Assembly: GCA_963693055.1 (NCBI GenBank)
Contig: OY843751.1
Location: forward strand, 3,904,001 to 3,968,000
Source: a bacterium
GTDB taxonomy: Bacteria; Zhuqueibacterota; Zhuqueibacteria; Residuimicrobiales; Krinioviventaceae
Direction: 5' to 3'
DNA: 64,000 bases
Shown here: positions 19,363 to 28,962 of the stretch, in pieces
Layout of the letters: each line of letters begins with the position of its first letter
Position numbering within the stretch: the first letter of the stretch is position 1
Program-made: the position numbers and the translations under genes
The notes under the pieces: generated by a model
The model's database searches: none
What the model was told of the DNA's origin: nothing
Seen by the model: only the letters and a program-made list of their open reading frames with translations

Positions 19363-21063
19363 ATGAAGTTTAAAATTATAACCATCCTTTTATTATCCAC
19401 ATTTATAGCATCTTTTGCAGAAAACTATTTAATCAATGGCGGTCAGGAATCGCAAATCAATTATCAGATGGTGCAAAAAGTTGTTCCGGCATCAGGCACG
19501 AAAAAGCTGAAACTCTCTTATGTGGTTCCGGTAACGTTTACATCCCCCACGTATAACCAGCGCATCAGTCAGTTTGATGTCAATTTTTCACTTCAGCCAG
19601 ATAAACGTAATGAAACAACAGACAAACGTGGTAACAAGATCATACAGGTAGAGTGGGACAATCCCAGCATGTCTACGCCCATCAATACAACAATAACCAT
19701 AATTGCCATGAACCAGACACGTTTGCAGCAGCTGCAAACCAGCGCACCGTTTCCGCTCTCCAACCTTGAAAAATCCGAGCGTCAGTACCTGGAGTCAACC
19801 GAACAGGTACCGTCATCCAACTCGCGCATCATTCAAAAAGCAAAACAGTTGACCAACGGATCCAAAACCGAGTTTGACGCTGTGCAGAAAATTTTAACCT
19901 GGGTTGTGGACCATATGAACTATGTTCTTTTACCCAAAAGCTACAATGCCATGTACTCGTTCGAAACGGGCAAAGGCAATTGCCAAAACTATTCTCATTT
20001 AGCTGCCGCTCTAATGAAAGCTGTGGGCATACCGGCACGTATTGTTAACGGAGTTACCCTGAAACAACCCTACGATATCAGTACCAACCAGGGTACCCTG
20101 ACTATGAAAATGGCACAGGGCCGCCACTCGTGGATTGAAGTCTATTTTCCAGATTTGGGATGGGTGCCGTTCGATCCGCAGCAGACTGCTTTATATGTCA
20201 GTAATCGCTTTGTCCGCGTAGAGATTGGTCTGGATAATGAGGAGACTGCAAGCGACGGTTTGATCCGCTGGACCCAGAGCCGGGGACACGATGACATTCC
20301 ACGCTTTGAAGAGGTGATCGATGCTGCCTTGCCGGGTGATCATGTACAATTGACCGCAACCAAGCAAAACTGGGGACCTCAAAAGCTCATGTTTTATCCC
20401 CAGGTACAGGCAAACTTTACCAAAGTTTCTACTCCCAAACCCCCGCCACCGAAAAAAGTACCGCAAAGCGATCTTGAACGCATGAACTATAATACTCCTT
20501 ATATGTTCGGAAATCTGGAATATCCGCAAAATATAGATTTCATGTCCGTCCGTGGGCCCGCGCAATCCACCGGTGAAGAAGGCGGCAAAGAGATGCGTAA
20601 AAACTTTTTGGTTGAAACCGCCGAGTATGTAACCACGCGCGGCAACCAATACGCGCAGACATTTATATTAAAAAAGCCCATGAAAATGCTCAAAACCGGT
20701 CTCGCCCTGCACAAATTTGGCGGTGATGGACAATTATGGATCGAATTGTACAAAGACGATGGCAGCGGCAAACCCGGAGACTATATCGCTACCAGCGATT
20801 ACCTGCCCCTGGCAAACCTGTCTTTTGCACCCGGATACCGCTGGGTAGATTTTAATTTTTCAGACGCTCCCCTGCTCTCTCCCGGCCGCTATTGGATCGC
20901 CATGGGCTTTACCGGCAGCCCTATTATCAATTGGTTCTACAGTTATGGTAAACCTGTCGGTCCGGCAGACGGTACCCGCTACAAAACTCTGTTTGACGAA
21001 GGCTGGAGCCGTAGCCTCAATTTTGAGTTCAATTACAGGATTGCGGGATACTCGGCAAAATAA
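19363..21063 (+). CDS. Secreted transglutaminase-like protein, copy 2
   Basis: AAGGAG RBS; same triad; collinear paralog of copy 1. Confidence 0.85.
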   Translation: MKFKIITILLLSTFIASFAENYLINGGQESQINYQMVQKVVPASGTKKLKLSYVVPVTFTSPTYNQRISQFDVNFSLQPDKRNETTDKRGNKIIQVEWDNPSMSTPINTTITIIAMNQTRLQQLQTSAPFPLSNLEKSERQYLESTEQVPSSNSRIIQKAKQLTNGSKTEFDAVQKILTWVVDHMNYVLLPKSYNAMYSFETGKGNCQNYSHLAAALMKAVGIPARIVNGVTLKQPYDISTNQGTLTMKMAQGRHSWIEVYFPDLGWVPFDPQQTALYVSNRFVRVEIGLDNEETASDGLIRWTQSRGHDDIPRFEEVIDAALPGDHVQLTATKQNWGPQKLMFYPQVQANFTKVSTPKPPPPKKVPQSDLERMNYNTPYMFGNLEYPQNIDFMSVRGPAQSTGEEGGKEMRKNFLVETAEYVTTRGNQYAQTFILKKPMKMLKTGLALHKFGGDGQLWIELYKDDGSGKPGDYIATSDYLPLANLSFAPGYRWVDFNFSDAPLLSPGRYWIAMGFTGSPIINWFYSYGKPVGPADGTRYKTLFDEGWSRSLNFEFNYRIAGYSAK

Positions 21064-21140
21064 GTACGTGAAACGGCAAATGTTAGACGTGAGACATTTG
21101 AGGATAATTGAAATGTACTACTCATATTTGCCTCTCCCCT

Positions 21141-21178
21141 GATTGTAAGGGCGGACCTGCGTGTCCGTCCTTTTTTTG
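21141..21178 (+). repeat. REP-like palindrome, family A (GTAAGGGCGGACCTGCGTGTCCG.CC)
   Basis: Related copies at ~23172-23200, ~27156-27172 (partial) and ~27234-27262. Confidence 0.7.
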
Positions 21179-21451
21179 TTTTCAATAGGATGCATAGAAT
21201 TAAAGAATCATTAGGATTAAAATCTGGTCTATTTTTAAATCCAATCACCCAATTCATCCTAAAAACCTGAATTCAGACAAGTATATTTAGCCACAAATCT
21301 GCACGGATAGCTAACTTTTCCTTGATCATTTATTTCAACAAGTCAACTGAGGGAAATGTAATATCTATTTTGAAAAGAGGATAATTATTTCTACATTTAT
21401 TCAATAGATCAATATAATTCAAGTTATTCATTAATACCCAAGGGGGCATGA

Positions 21452-23146
21452 ATGAAATTCCTTTTTTCAATTTGCACAATATTAATTTTATTTATACCAT
21501 TTTATTCGTTTACCAAAGAAAATATACTTTATCAAAATAGAATTGATACAAACATACCTCAATTTGATATTGATACAGTAGGAATTCCACAAAAATCAGA
21601 TTTCACAGCAAACAATAAATGCCAACTTGACAGCATTATATATACAACTGAAGGACAAGATATTACACACAAGATGTATTTTGAATATATAAAACCAGGG
21701 TACATAAGCTCCCTTTTATTAAATACATTTAATCCGGAAACCGGTCAGTGGGGAAATTATAGTCGCTCTACATATACTTATAATGCCACCTGGGATACCC
21801 AAACTTCAATCACCCAAAGTTGGGACAATGATAATGAATTATGGAAAGATGGAACACAGTATATAAAAAAATACGATAGTAATAACAATCTATTATTGTA
21901 TAAAACAAAGTGGTGGCATAAATATGATAAAATTTGGATTGAACGCAAGCGTAGCTATACATATGATGACAGAAATAATATTTTATCATATACATATCAA
22001 ATTTGGAACGATGAAGCCAATGATTGGTTCACAGAAATTGAATATATATATTCTTATGACGAAAATGATTCTGTTTTAACATATCAATGGAATAGTTTTA
22101 TAAATAACAATCGATCGAGTAGCCAATTAACTGAAAACAAATATGATGAAAGAGGAAATAAAATATTTACTCATGAACGTTCAATGAATTTAACAATAGG
22201 GGAAATTACCTGGCAAGAAGGTGCTAGAACTACTTTGACTTATAATGATGATAATAAATTAACCAGCACACTGCTTGAATATTGGATTAAAGAAGCAAAA
22301 AAATGGGAACCCTATTCACAAGAATTATTTACCTATGATAAAAACAGTAACAAGTTATCATATTGTATCCAAAATTGGCATCCGGAATATCATATATGGA
22401 TTGATTATTATCAAATGATTTATACATATAATGAATATAATATAGTAGATACTTATTTAGGATCAATATGGGATATAGATGAGAAAAGATGGATCGATAC
22501 ACAAAAAATCACATATTATTATAATAGTATGGGAAAACTCTTATCTCAATTAGAGGTTATTTGGTATGAAAATCAATGGAGAAATAATTTCCGAACAACA
22601 TATGCATATGGTTTGGATAACTCTGAAATTAAAACAGTAGAAAGCTGGGAGTACTCGATTAATGAGTGGCGTTATCAACATAAATTAATACAAAAACACG
22701 ATAATAATCATTGTTTAACATACTGGAATTTAAAAACCTGGAGAAATGGTGCATGGGAAAACAACCAAACCTTAACAAATGAGTTCACTACAAGTAATAT
22801 TGATTTTGAAATAAATTGTAGCGAATTGTATGCTTATTACTCACAACCTGCAACAAGAGTAGAAAACCAGAACAAAAATGTTAACACTTTTGAACTTGCA
22901 CAAAACTATCCCAATCCCTTTAATCCCACTACAACTATAAACTATTCAATCGAAAAAGCATCTCATGTAAAACTCGGTATATATAACACATTGGGGCAGC
23001 TTGTATCCGTTTTGGTTGATAAACATCAAAAACCCGGCAAATACAGTGTAAAATATAATGCAAATCAATCTTGTAGTGGTGTTTATTACTACAAGCTTGA
23101 AACCGGGGAGCAAAAAAGCATACGCAAAATGTTGTATCTAAAATAG
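21452..23146 (+). CDS. Secreted Tyr/Trp-repeat protein with C-terminal T9SS-type sorting domain
   Basis: ~31-aa repeats YTYDxxxNxL..WxxxxxxW; FELAQNYPNPFNPTTTI..GVYYYKL; markedly AT-rich. Confidence 0.75.
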   Translation: MKFLFSICTILILFIPFYSFTKENILYQNRIDTNIPQFDIDTVGIPQKSDFTANNKCQLDSIIYTTEGQDITHKMYFEYIKPGYISSLLLNTFNPETGQWGNYSRSTYTYNATWDTQTSITQSWDNDNELWKDGTQYIKKYDSNNNLLLYKTKWWHKYDKIWIERKRSYTYDDRNNILSYTYQIWNDEANDWFTEIEYIYSYDENDSVLTYQWNSFINNNRSSSQLTENKYDERGNKIFTHERSMNLTIGEITWQEGARTTLTYNDDNKLTSTLLEYWIKEAKKWEPYSQELFTYDKNSNKLSYCIQNWHPEYHIWIDYYQMIYTYNEYNIVDTYLGSIWDIDEKRWIDTQKITYYYNSMGKLLSQLEVIWYENQWRNNFRTTYAYGLDNSEIKTVESWEYSINEWRYQHKLIQKHDNNHCLTYWNLKTWRNGAWENNQTLTNEFTTSNIDFEINCSELYAYYSQPATRVENQNKNVNTFELAQNYPNPFNPTTTINYSIEKASHVKLGIYNTLGQLVSVLVDKHQKPGKYSVKYNANQSCSGVYYYKLETGEQKSIRKMLYLK

Positions 23147-23171
23147 AATACCTACAAATTGCCTGACCTCT

Positions 23172-23206
23172 GATTGTATGGCGGACCTGCATGTCCACCC
23201 TTTTTT
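23172..23206 (+). repeat. REP-like palindrome, family A (degenerate)
   Basis: GATTGTATGGCGGACCTGCATGTCCACCC followed by a T-run. Confidence 0.65.
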
Positions 23207-23312
23207 ATAACTTGCTATTTCTTTACAGTTATTCTGAAACAGATTCAGCCAAGTATCGTATCAAATATTGTCAAATATTTTCAAACATTCTAATAAATTT
23301 AAGGGGTTTAAC

Positions 23313-23690
23313 ATGGGTAAAGTTAAAGTTTTATTTCTTATCATTGTTTTAACCGGTATTTACGGAATGGCTCAGGAAAATGGTCTTTCCTCAGGTATTT
23401 ATACTACACAAATGCACGGTGCCACCAAGTCTTTTAATCTTAAAACTGACAATACCTTTGAAACATTTGTAAACGGTACCTCTGTGGTGACCGGAAACTA
23501 TACAATTGACGCAGACACACTTACGGCAATAGATATAGCCGGTCAAATTGCCTGTGCTCCTGAAAACAACAAAGGAATTTATACCTGGACCTGTAAAAAT
23601 GACAGTATAATATTAAAAGCCGTCAAAGATGACTGCCAGGGACGCGCCAAAGCCATGACCCAGGGCAAATGGATCAAAAAAACGGATTAA
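23313..23690 (+). CDS. Small secreted beta-rich hypothetical protein
   Basis: AAGGGG RBS, signal peptide, G.Y.W..DDCQGR pattern. Confidence 0.65.
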   Translation: MGKVKVLFLIIVLTGIYGMAQENGLSSGIYTTQMHGATKSFNLKTDNTFETFVNGTSVVTGNYTIDADTLTAIDIAGQIACAPENNKGIYTWTCKNDSIILKAVKDDCQGRAKAMTQGKWIKKTD

Positions 23691-23966
23691 ATTCAGGGCT
23701 TCCTCCCGATTTCTCATACTATCCTGAGGAGGTTTTTTTTCGAATTGCTGACTGCAATCAACTAATAGCGGTTTTTACTGACTACTGACGACTGATTACT
23801 TTACATCTTACGTCCCGCAGAGATTCTTGCAACCTCTAACTGTTTTTACTCCATTTTCATTCTCAAGATATCACAATCAAAAATTTTTATTTTTTTATTA
23901 AAAAATCATTCTATATTAGGTAAATGTTTTCACTCTTTTTACAGCTCACTTTGAAAGGACCGATCA

Positions 23967-26900
23967 ATGCACTATACTCGTCTGCGTAGTCTAATCCCAA
24001 CTGTACTTTTACTCATCTTTAGTATTACATCATCAAATTTGACAGCACAAACCACAGATCCCATAGAGACGCTGAATCTTTTGGCATTCGGCAGTGTGGG
24101 ACAATTAAAATATCAAATGGGCGGAAAACCCGGTGGGGAAGCGGTTGACCTGGACGATTCGGATTGGGACGTTACCTTTCCCGGTTACAAATGGCCGCAG
24201 GGGAATACCAATGTCTGGTTTCGCAGTACCGCGGTCATTCCGGAAGAACTGGGTGGTTTCTCACTCATCGGTAGAAAGATGACCCTCTACCTCTATATCG
24301 ATAATGGTGGTGATGTATTTGTAAACGGTGATTCGCTTGGAACATTCGAATGGGGTACTGCCGAGTTTGTCATATCTGAAAATCTGCAACCCGGTGATTC
24401 ATATGTCATTGCTGTGCGAGGCATTAACCGTCCCGGCTGGGGCAATGTGAGCGAGTACCGGATCGAGTACAGCGGTATGGAAGCGTTCCAGAAAAAACTG
24501 CAGGACAAGGTATGGGGATTAATGATCGCCAAACATGCGGCAAAAACACTATCCGAAAAACCAGAGTACTGGACCAATGAAATCAACAAAACCGCGGAAC
24601 GTATCCTTAATTCAGATGCATACAAATCCGGAGATGAAAACGCATTTCTGGCGGTATTTGATGAGGAAAGCAAGAATCTTGAAGGCTTGAAAAAAGAACT
24701 GGCGCAATATAAAATTTATGCCGCCGGTTACGCCCATATTGATCTTGCCTGGCTCTGGCCCTGGATTGAAACTGTAGAGGTGGTTAAAAACACCAGCGAA
24801 TCGGTTTTGAACATTATGGATCGTGTCCCGGATTTTAAATACAGTATGGGGCAGGCCCATGCTTATGAATGGATGGAGATTTATTATCCCAAACTATTCA
24901 AGGCGATTCAGGATAAAGTTAAACAGGGCCAATGGGAAATCGTGGGCGGGCAATGGGTAGAACCGGATTGCAACATTCCCAGCGGTGAAAGCTTTGTGCG
25001 CCAGTCGCTTTATGGCAAACGTTATTTTCGCAACAAATTTGGTGTGGATGTTAAAATTTGCTGGATACCGGATTCCTTTGGGTTCAACTGGAACCTGCCG
25101 CAGATCCTTGCCCGCAGCGGAATGGAGGCCTTTATGTCCATCCGGGTATTTTTGGACGATAGCAGGGATTTCAAGCATCGTTTATTCCGGTGGCAAGCGC
25201 CGGACGGCAACGAGGTACTGGTTTATATCCCACGCGACGGCTATATGCATGACCTGAACGGTGAGCAGCTTGTTAATTTTTTTGCGGAAGAGAAAAAAGA
25301 ACTCGACAGTGGTAAAGAATTTGTTATGTTCGGGGTAGGAAACCACGGCGGCGGCCCAACAATGGAAATGATTGAACGAGGCATGCGCGCGCAGACTGCA
25401 CCGGCGTATCCTCAAGTTGAAATAGTAAAATCCGATGCCTATTTTGACGCTTTCAGTGATAGAGAAAAAGCTGAACTGGCTACCTGGAGCAGCGAGCTTT
25501 ATCTTGAAAGCGCACGCGGCTGCTACACATCTCAAGCCAAAACCAAACAGCACAACCGCAAAAGCCAGGTGATGATCAAGACCGCGGAAAAATCCGCGCT
25601 GCTGGCTTCTCTTTACGGATACGAATATCCTTCCAAAAGTATTTTTGACGTCTGGCGCACCGTTATGTTTAACCAGTTTCACGATATTTTGCCCGGAACT
25701 TCTGTACCTTCAGTGTACCATGATACCGAAATAGAATATGAACAAGCAGAACAGCTCGCCGGGCTCATCACCCAACGTTCAATGCAGGCACTAACAAAAC
25801 AAATCGATACACGCGGCAAGGGAGAAGCAATTGTGTTGTTTAATCCATTGTCGTGGGACCGATCAAGTCCGGTTGAAATCGAGCTCGACGATCTTGAAAA
25901 AGAAAAGACATGGAGCATTCTGGACGAGTATGGAAACACCGTACCCTCCCAGATCATCGACAAATCAGCTCTGGGCGCAAAACTGCTGTTCATAGCACAG
26001 GATGTGCCATCGTACGGATACAAGGTCTATCACTTGGTGCAGGAAAAATCAACAGGACGAACAGAACAACTGGACTTTACCCGCACAATGCTGGAAAACC
26101 GTTTTCTGGAAATAGAAATCGACAAGACAACCGGTCTTGTCAGCCGCATATATGATAAAGTAAATGCCCGCGAGGTACTGGCAAACAACAAGGGCAATCA
26201 ATTACAGCTATTACCCAATGATTTCAACGACGCATGGGGTGTCCGTTTTACCAAACCGCCCATTGACATTGACAACCTGATCGAGACCGAACTGGTTGAA
26301 GTGGGACCCGTTCGCGCAACCATCAAGGTTAAAACCGGGTATTGCGGCGGCGGCAGACGTGCGCCCACTGAGGATTTCCCAACCTCGTTTTTTACCCAGT
26401 ACATTTCTTTATATGATGGACTACCCTATATGGAGGTACGTAACGAGGTGATGTGGTGGGAAGATCAAAAAGTGCTAAAGGTCAAATTCCCGCTTAATGT
26501 ACAATCCGAGACCGCGCGGTACGAAATACCATACGGCAGTATTGGTCGTCCCACCGGCACCGAGACCGCATTTGAAAAAGCGCGATTCGAAGTCCCGGCA
26601 CAACGCTGGGCGGATTTATCAGACGGTACTTTTGGCGTTAGCCTGATTAACGACTGCAAACACGGATACGACATTAAAGGCAGCGATATGCGTCTCTCTC
26701 TACTGCGCGCGCCTACGTATCCCGATCCCCTCGCGGACCGGGGTTACCAGCATTTCAACTATGCCATTTATCCGCACAAGGGCGATTATGTAGAAGGCAA
26801 TGTAACCCGCCAGGGATACGCCTTTAACGAACCCATCTATGCCCTGCGTACCACCTCGCACAAGGGTGAGCTGCCAAAATCGCATTCCTTTGTTCAGATC

Positions 26901-27155
26901 GACGCGGACAATGTAATCCTGAATGCGTTAAAAAAATCAGAAGATGACAACGACTGGATCGTGCGTGTATACGAAACCGCGGGTAAATCCGCTACCGTCA
27001 ACGTGACCTTTGATCGGCAGGTATCCGCCGCTCAGGAAGTGAACCTGATCGAAGATCCCGTAGGTAAAGTGGAAACCCACAAAAACGGATTTGTTTTTGA
27101 CATCAAGCCCCGCGAAATCCGGAGTTTTAAAGTAAGGTTGGACTCTGATAGATAG
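23967..27155 (+). CDS. Secreted GH38 alpha-mannosidase with extra N-terminal beta domain
   Basis: AHIDLAWLWP, GGQWVEPD, PDSFG, GNHGGGPT, NQFHDILPGTS, LSLLRAP. Confidence 0.92.
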   Translation: MHYTRLRSLIPTVLLLIFSITSSNLTAQTTDPIETLNLLAFGSVGQLKYQMGGKPGGEAVDLDDSDWDVTFPGYKWPQGNTNVWFRSTAVIPEELGGFSLIGRKMTLYLYIDNGGDVFVNGDSLGTFEWGTAEFVISENLQPGDSYVIAVRGINRPGWGNVSEYRIEYSGMEAFQKKLQDKVWGLMIAKHAAKTLSEKPEYWTNEINKTAERILNSDAYKSGDENAFLAVFDEESKNLEGLKKELAQYKIYAAGYAHIDLAWLWPWIETVEVVKNTSESVLNIMDRVPDFKYSMGQAHAYEWMEIYYPKLFKAIQDKVKQGQWEIVGGQWVEPDCNIPSGESFVRQSLYGKRYFRNKFGVDVKICWIPDSFGFNWNLPQILARSGMEAFMSIRVFLDDSRDFKHRLFRWQAPDGNEVLVYIPRDGYMHDLNGEQLVNFFAEEKKELDSGKEFVMFGVGNHGGGPTMEMIERGMRAQTAPAYPQVEIVKSDAYFDAFSDREKAELATWSSELYLESARGCYTSQAKTKQHNRKSQVMIKTAEKSALLASLYGYEYPSKSIFDVWRTVMFNQFHDILPGTSVPSVYHDTEIEYEQAEQLAGLITQRSMQALTKQIDTRGKGEAIVLFNPLSWDRSSPVEIELDDLEKEKTWSILDEYGNTVPSQIIDKSALGAKLLFIAQDVPSYGYKVYHLVQEKSTGRTEQLDFTRTMLENRFLEIEIDKTTGLVSRIYDKVNAREVLANNKGNQLQLLPNDFNDAWGVRFTKPPIDIDNLIETELVEVGPVRATIKVKTGYCGGGRRAPTEDFPTSFFTQYISLYDGLPYMEVRNEVMWWEDQKVLKVKFPLNVQSETARYEIPYGSIGRPTGTETAFEKARFEVPAQRWADLSDGTFGVSLINDCKHGYDIKGSDMRLSLLRAPTYPDPLADRGYQHFNYAIYPHKGDYVEGNVTRQGYAFNEPIYALRTTSHKGELPKSHSFVQIDADNVILNALKKSEDDNDWIVRVYETAGKSATVNVTFDRQVSAAQEVNLIEDPVGKVETHKNGFVFDIKPREIRSFKVRLDSDR

Positions 27156-27920
27156 CAAGGGCGGACCTGCGTACTCATTCACTTTTCCATTCTCGTGCCC
27201 AGGCTCTGCCTGGGTACGGTAGACTCTCCACAAATTGTAAGGGCGGACCTGCGTGTCCGCCCGAAAATCTTCTAAATCGCCCGGTATCCACCAGCCCGCG
27301 GATGCCGGGCGAAATATTTACCACGACGTTTGTCCTGCAAACAAAAATGTAAATCGAGTAGGTGCAGATATAAAATTGTTTTCGGGATAAATATCCCGGA
27401 TGAATACTACACGATGCAGGAATCTGCATCGCGATCCATACAGGAATTTCGGACGGAGTAATAGTGGGTATATTAAAATCCTGATAATCCTTAAATCCTG
27501 TTAATCAAGGTTCATTTATACACCTGGCCCCAAGGCAGATAGACTGTGTGAAAATGAATTAATTTTAAAAAATAAAAATTTGGTTGAGCTGGAGAAAACT
27601 CAAAATGGTATGGAGTGCATTACCTTTATGTAATGCGGATCGTCGTAGACGGCCATAATAAAGTTATATTCATATAATAATATTGAACTTATCATACTGT
27701 TATGGCTTTAAAATATTAGTCATTGAAGTCAAATCTATATCGGACCTTTGGCCCGACGCGGCGCATAAAGGCGCCGCACTCCAAAAAAGCAATAATTTTC
27801 TAGTTTCCACACAGTCTGAAAGCCTTGGAACCAGTATGAAAAATCCTATAATCCGTAAATCCTTTTAATCAAGGTCTCTTGAGTCCTGTTAATCAGGGTC
27901 TATGAAAATCAAGGTTCCTT
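27156..27920. repeat. Mosaic cluster of REP-like palindromes and nested inverted repeats
   Basis: Family A copies, CCCAGGCTCTGCCTGGG, hairpins at 27277-27312, 27383-27398 and 27412-27431, inverted pairs 27524/27834 and 27611/27783, AATCC..AATCAAGG arrays. Confidence 0.7.
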
Positions 27921-27983
27921 TTTATTGAAAGAAATTGTATATTCCTTCTGTTACAGTAACAAAAACAAAATCGGAGGTGCATT

Positions 27984-28886
27984 ATCAAATCCGGAAAGAA
28001 TAGCAATTTCATCATCTCCCGCCGGGATTTTCTCAAAGCATCGGCAGCATTAACCACGGGGCTGGGCACGCTTTCCCTTGCTTCATGCGGCAAGCGTTCA
28101 CCCCTCACATTCGGCATGGTGACGGATCTGCATTACGCGGATATAGACACGCGTGGCACACGCCATTACCGTGAATCCGCGGACAAGCTCCTCTCCTGTA
28201 TCAACACACTGAATCCGTTAAAACCGGATTTCCTCATTGAGCTGGGCGATTTCAAGGATCAGGGCACACCCCCGGATGAACAGTATACCCTGCGCTATCT
28301 CGAGGTGATCGAGTCCGTATTTAAAACATTCGAGGGTCCCCGCTATCACGTACTGGGTAATCATGATATGGACAGCCTCTCTAAACAGCAGTTCATGGAT
28401 ACGGTCAAGAATGCCAATATTCCCCATGCCTCTACCCATTACAGTTTTGACGTCAAGGGCGTACACATGGTGGTACTGGACGCCAATTATAACAGCGACG
28501 GCACGGATTATGACCACGGCAATTACGACTGGACCGACGCCAATATTAACCCCGATCAGCTCGCCTGGTTAGAGCACGATCTGGCTCTCTCTCCTTTTCC
28601 GGCAATCATTTTTGTTCACCAATTGCTAGATGGCAGTGGTAAGCATTATATCAATAATTCAGAAGCGGTACGGGCCATTTTGCAAAAGCACAAGGTTCTT
28701 GCCGTGTTCCAGGGACATCAACATGCGGGGCAATATAACCAGATTGAGGGTATTCATTATTATACCTTAAAAGCCATGGTAGAAGGCGGCGGCCCGGACA
28801 ATTCGTCTTTTGCATTGGTACAGGTACATAAAAATTACGATATCAGCATCACCGGATATAAAAAGGCGGAGAGTTTAGAGCTTTAA
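27984..28886 (+). CDS. Tat-exported lipoprotein, calcineurin-like metallophosphoesterase; probable non-AUG start
   Basis: DLHYAD, LGD, LGNHD, FVHQ, GHQH; frame stays open upstream of ATG 28116 through SRRDFLK and LASC to ATC 27984 after GGAGG. Confidence 0.8.
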   Translation: MKSGKNSNFIISRRDFLKASAALTTGLGTLSLASCGKRSPLTFGMVTDLHYADIDTRGTRHYRESADKLLSCINTLNPLKPDFLIELGDFKDQGTPPDEQYTLRYLEVIESVFKTFEGPRYHVLGNHDMDSLSKQQFMDTVKNANIPHASTHYSFDVKGVHMVVLDANYNSDGTDYDHGNYDWTDANINPDQLAWLEHDLALSPFPAIIFVHQLLDGSGKHYINNSEAVRAILQKHKVLAVFQGHQHAGQYNQIEGIHYYTLKAMVEGGGPDNSSFALVQVHKNYDISITGYKKAESLEL

Positions 28887-28962
28887 TTGATTCTCCCGAT
28901 GGTCTCTTTGAGCTCTTGGGAGGATATTCTTACTAAAAACATATTCAATAAAGAGGGATAGC

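Noticed and set aside
27156-27920. Possible CRISPR array
   Set aside because: Repeats are heterogeneous, inverted and irregularly spaced; no cas genes in the window.
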